Positions 63,325 through 64,000 of a stretch of 64,000 bases of DNA are shown piece after piece; positions within the stretch are counted from its first letter, which is position 1, and each line of letters opens with the position of its first letter. Below the pieces are notes generated by a model. The model saw only the letters and a program-made list of their open reading frames with translations. It ran no database searches and was not told where the DNA came from. The stretch is taken from positions 812 through 64,811 of the forward strand of contig JAJZYT010000003.1 in NCBI GenBank assembly GCA_021797915.1, written 5' to 3'. Origin of the DNA: Thermoplasmata archaeon (lineage in GTDB: Archaea > Thermoplasmatota > Thermoplasmata > Thermoplasmatales > GCA-001856825). The position numbers and the translations under genes were made by a program.

Positions 63325-64000
63325 ATGACCGTTGAGGGTGACGAAATTTTAAAAGAAGCTCCTTCTGAAGTTCCGGCAGAGACGCTGGTTCGATTCAACC
63401 ATGACGAGCTTAGGTCTAGAGTATTTATAGACAAATATGCAATGAAAGACAACGATGGCATCCTTCTTGAGAAAGTACCTGAAGAGATGTGGAGACGAGT
63501 GGCCAGGGAGATATCGTCCGTCGAAAGTGAGCAACTAATGGCAGAGTGGGAAAGCAAATTCTACTGGCTGTTGGAAAATTTCAGGATGATCCCTGGTGGT
63601 CGAATCTTGTTTGGGGCGGGCCAGGAGAAATTCAAGAGGAGAGCTACCCTCAACAATTGTTATGTGATCCCAATAAGGGATGACTCTCTTGAGTCGATTT
63701 TCGACTGGACAAAAGAGGCTGCAAGGACTTACTCTCTAGGAGGAGGGGTAGGGACGGACATAAGCATCCTAAGACCGAGAGGTGCTCCAGTCAATAATGC
63801 TGCGCTGAAATCTACCGGGAGTGTATCTTTCATGAACATCATGTCCGAAACTACTGGTACAATCGGACAGGCAGGACGACGCGGAGCGTTGATGATCACT
63901 TTAAGAGTGGACCATCCAGACATAATGGACTTCATAAAAGTGAAAAGAGATTTGAACCACGTGAGGCACGCCAACATATCTGTAAAAATAACAGATGAGT
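63325..64000 (+). CDS. nrdJ: ribonucleotide reductase, class II (adenosylcobalamin-dependent) N-terminal part, continues beyond window
   Basis: Not in the ORF track because there is no stop within the window. The ATG at 63325 follows an in-frame TGA. The translation is RNR-like: MTVEGDEILK...RVFIDKYAMKDNDG...MWRRVAREIS...MIPGGRILFGAG...LNNCYV...SLGGGVGTDISILRPRGAPV...GSVSFMNIMSETTGTIGQAGRRGALMITLRVDHPDIMDFI. Confidence 0.85.
   Translation, partial: MTVEGDEILKEAPSEVPAETLVRFNHDELRSRVFIDKYAMKDNDGILLEKVPEEMWRRVAREISSVESEQLMAEWESKFYWLLENFRMIPGGRILFGAGQEKFKRRATLNNCYVIPIRDDSLESIFDWTKEAARTYSLGGGVGTDISILRPRGAPVNNAALKSTGSVSFMNIMSETTGTIGQAGRRGALMITLRVDHPDIMDFIKVKRDLNHVRHANISVKITDE

Noticed and set aside
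1-64000. CRISPR arrays, rRNA genes, or recognisable defence or toxin systems.
   Set aside because: Scanning both strands by eye showed no regularly spaced direct repeats, no rRNA-like conserved strings, and no cas, RM, Argonaute or TA-type proteins among the ORFs.

Overview
The window is a densely packed archaeal chromosomal segment. By gene content it looks euryarchaeal and Thermoplasmata-like, and by eye moderately AT-rich; both points are inference. It is mostly housekeeping.

Main gene content:
- **Translation and tRNA:** three aminoacyl-tRNA synthetases (proS, pheS, cysS), RNase P protein Rpp21, ribosomal protein L40e (missed by the ORF track), three tRNAs (Thr-UGU, Ser-CGA, Ala-UGC), KptA, TruD and a THUMP methyltransferase.
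- **Central metabolism:** FBP aldolase/phosphatase, ApgM, a DhnA-type aldolase, RpiA, homoserine dehydrogenase, purM and a pyrC-like gene.
- **Redox and Fe-S:** cytochrome bd (cydAB), a sufCBDSU operon whose SufB carries a 360-aa LAGLIDADG intein, and two peroxiredoxins.
- **Cofactors:** queE, a QueG-like reductase, a pantoate-kinase-like gene plus CoaBC, and NAD salvage (pncA plus NAPRTase).
- **Transport and secretion:** a Fe/cobalamin-type ABC importer, an APC permease and a secreted G1 glutamic peptidase.
- **Other:** a tandem-domain ThyX, XerA, and the 5' part of a class II ribonucleotide reductase that runs off the window end and is also absent from the ORF track.

I saw no rRNA, no CRISPR array and no recognisable defence island.

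Items most worth a second look:
1. A GC-rich, strongly structured island of about 285 nt at 8.4-8.7 kb. It is a candidate RNase P-like ncRNA, but it competes with a chain of abutting minus-strand ORFs.
2. An IS110-family element at about 51.3-52.9 kb. Its transposase is frameshifted, and a hairpin-rich 5' leader of about 260 nt is a candidate bridge RNA.
3. Two genes (pcp and the G1 peptidase) whose conserved N-terminal parts lie upstream of any ATG, GTG or TTG. This suggests ATT/ATA initiation or a sequence error.
4. The SufB intein.
5. A fused double-domain ThyX.

All family assignments come from motif recognition by eye. No database search was run.
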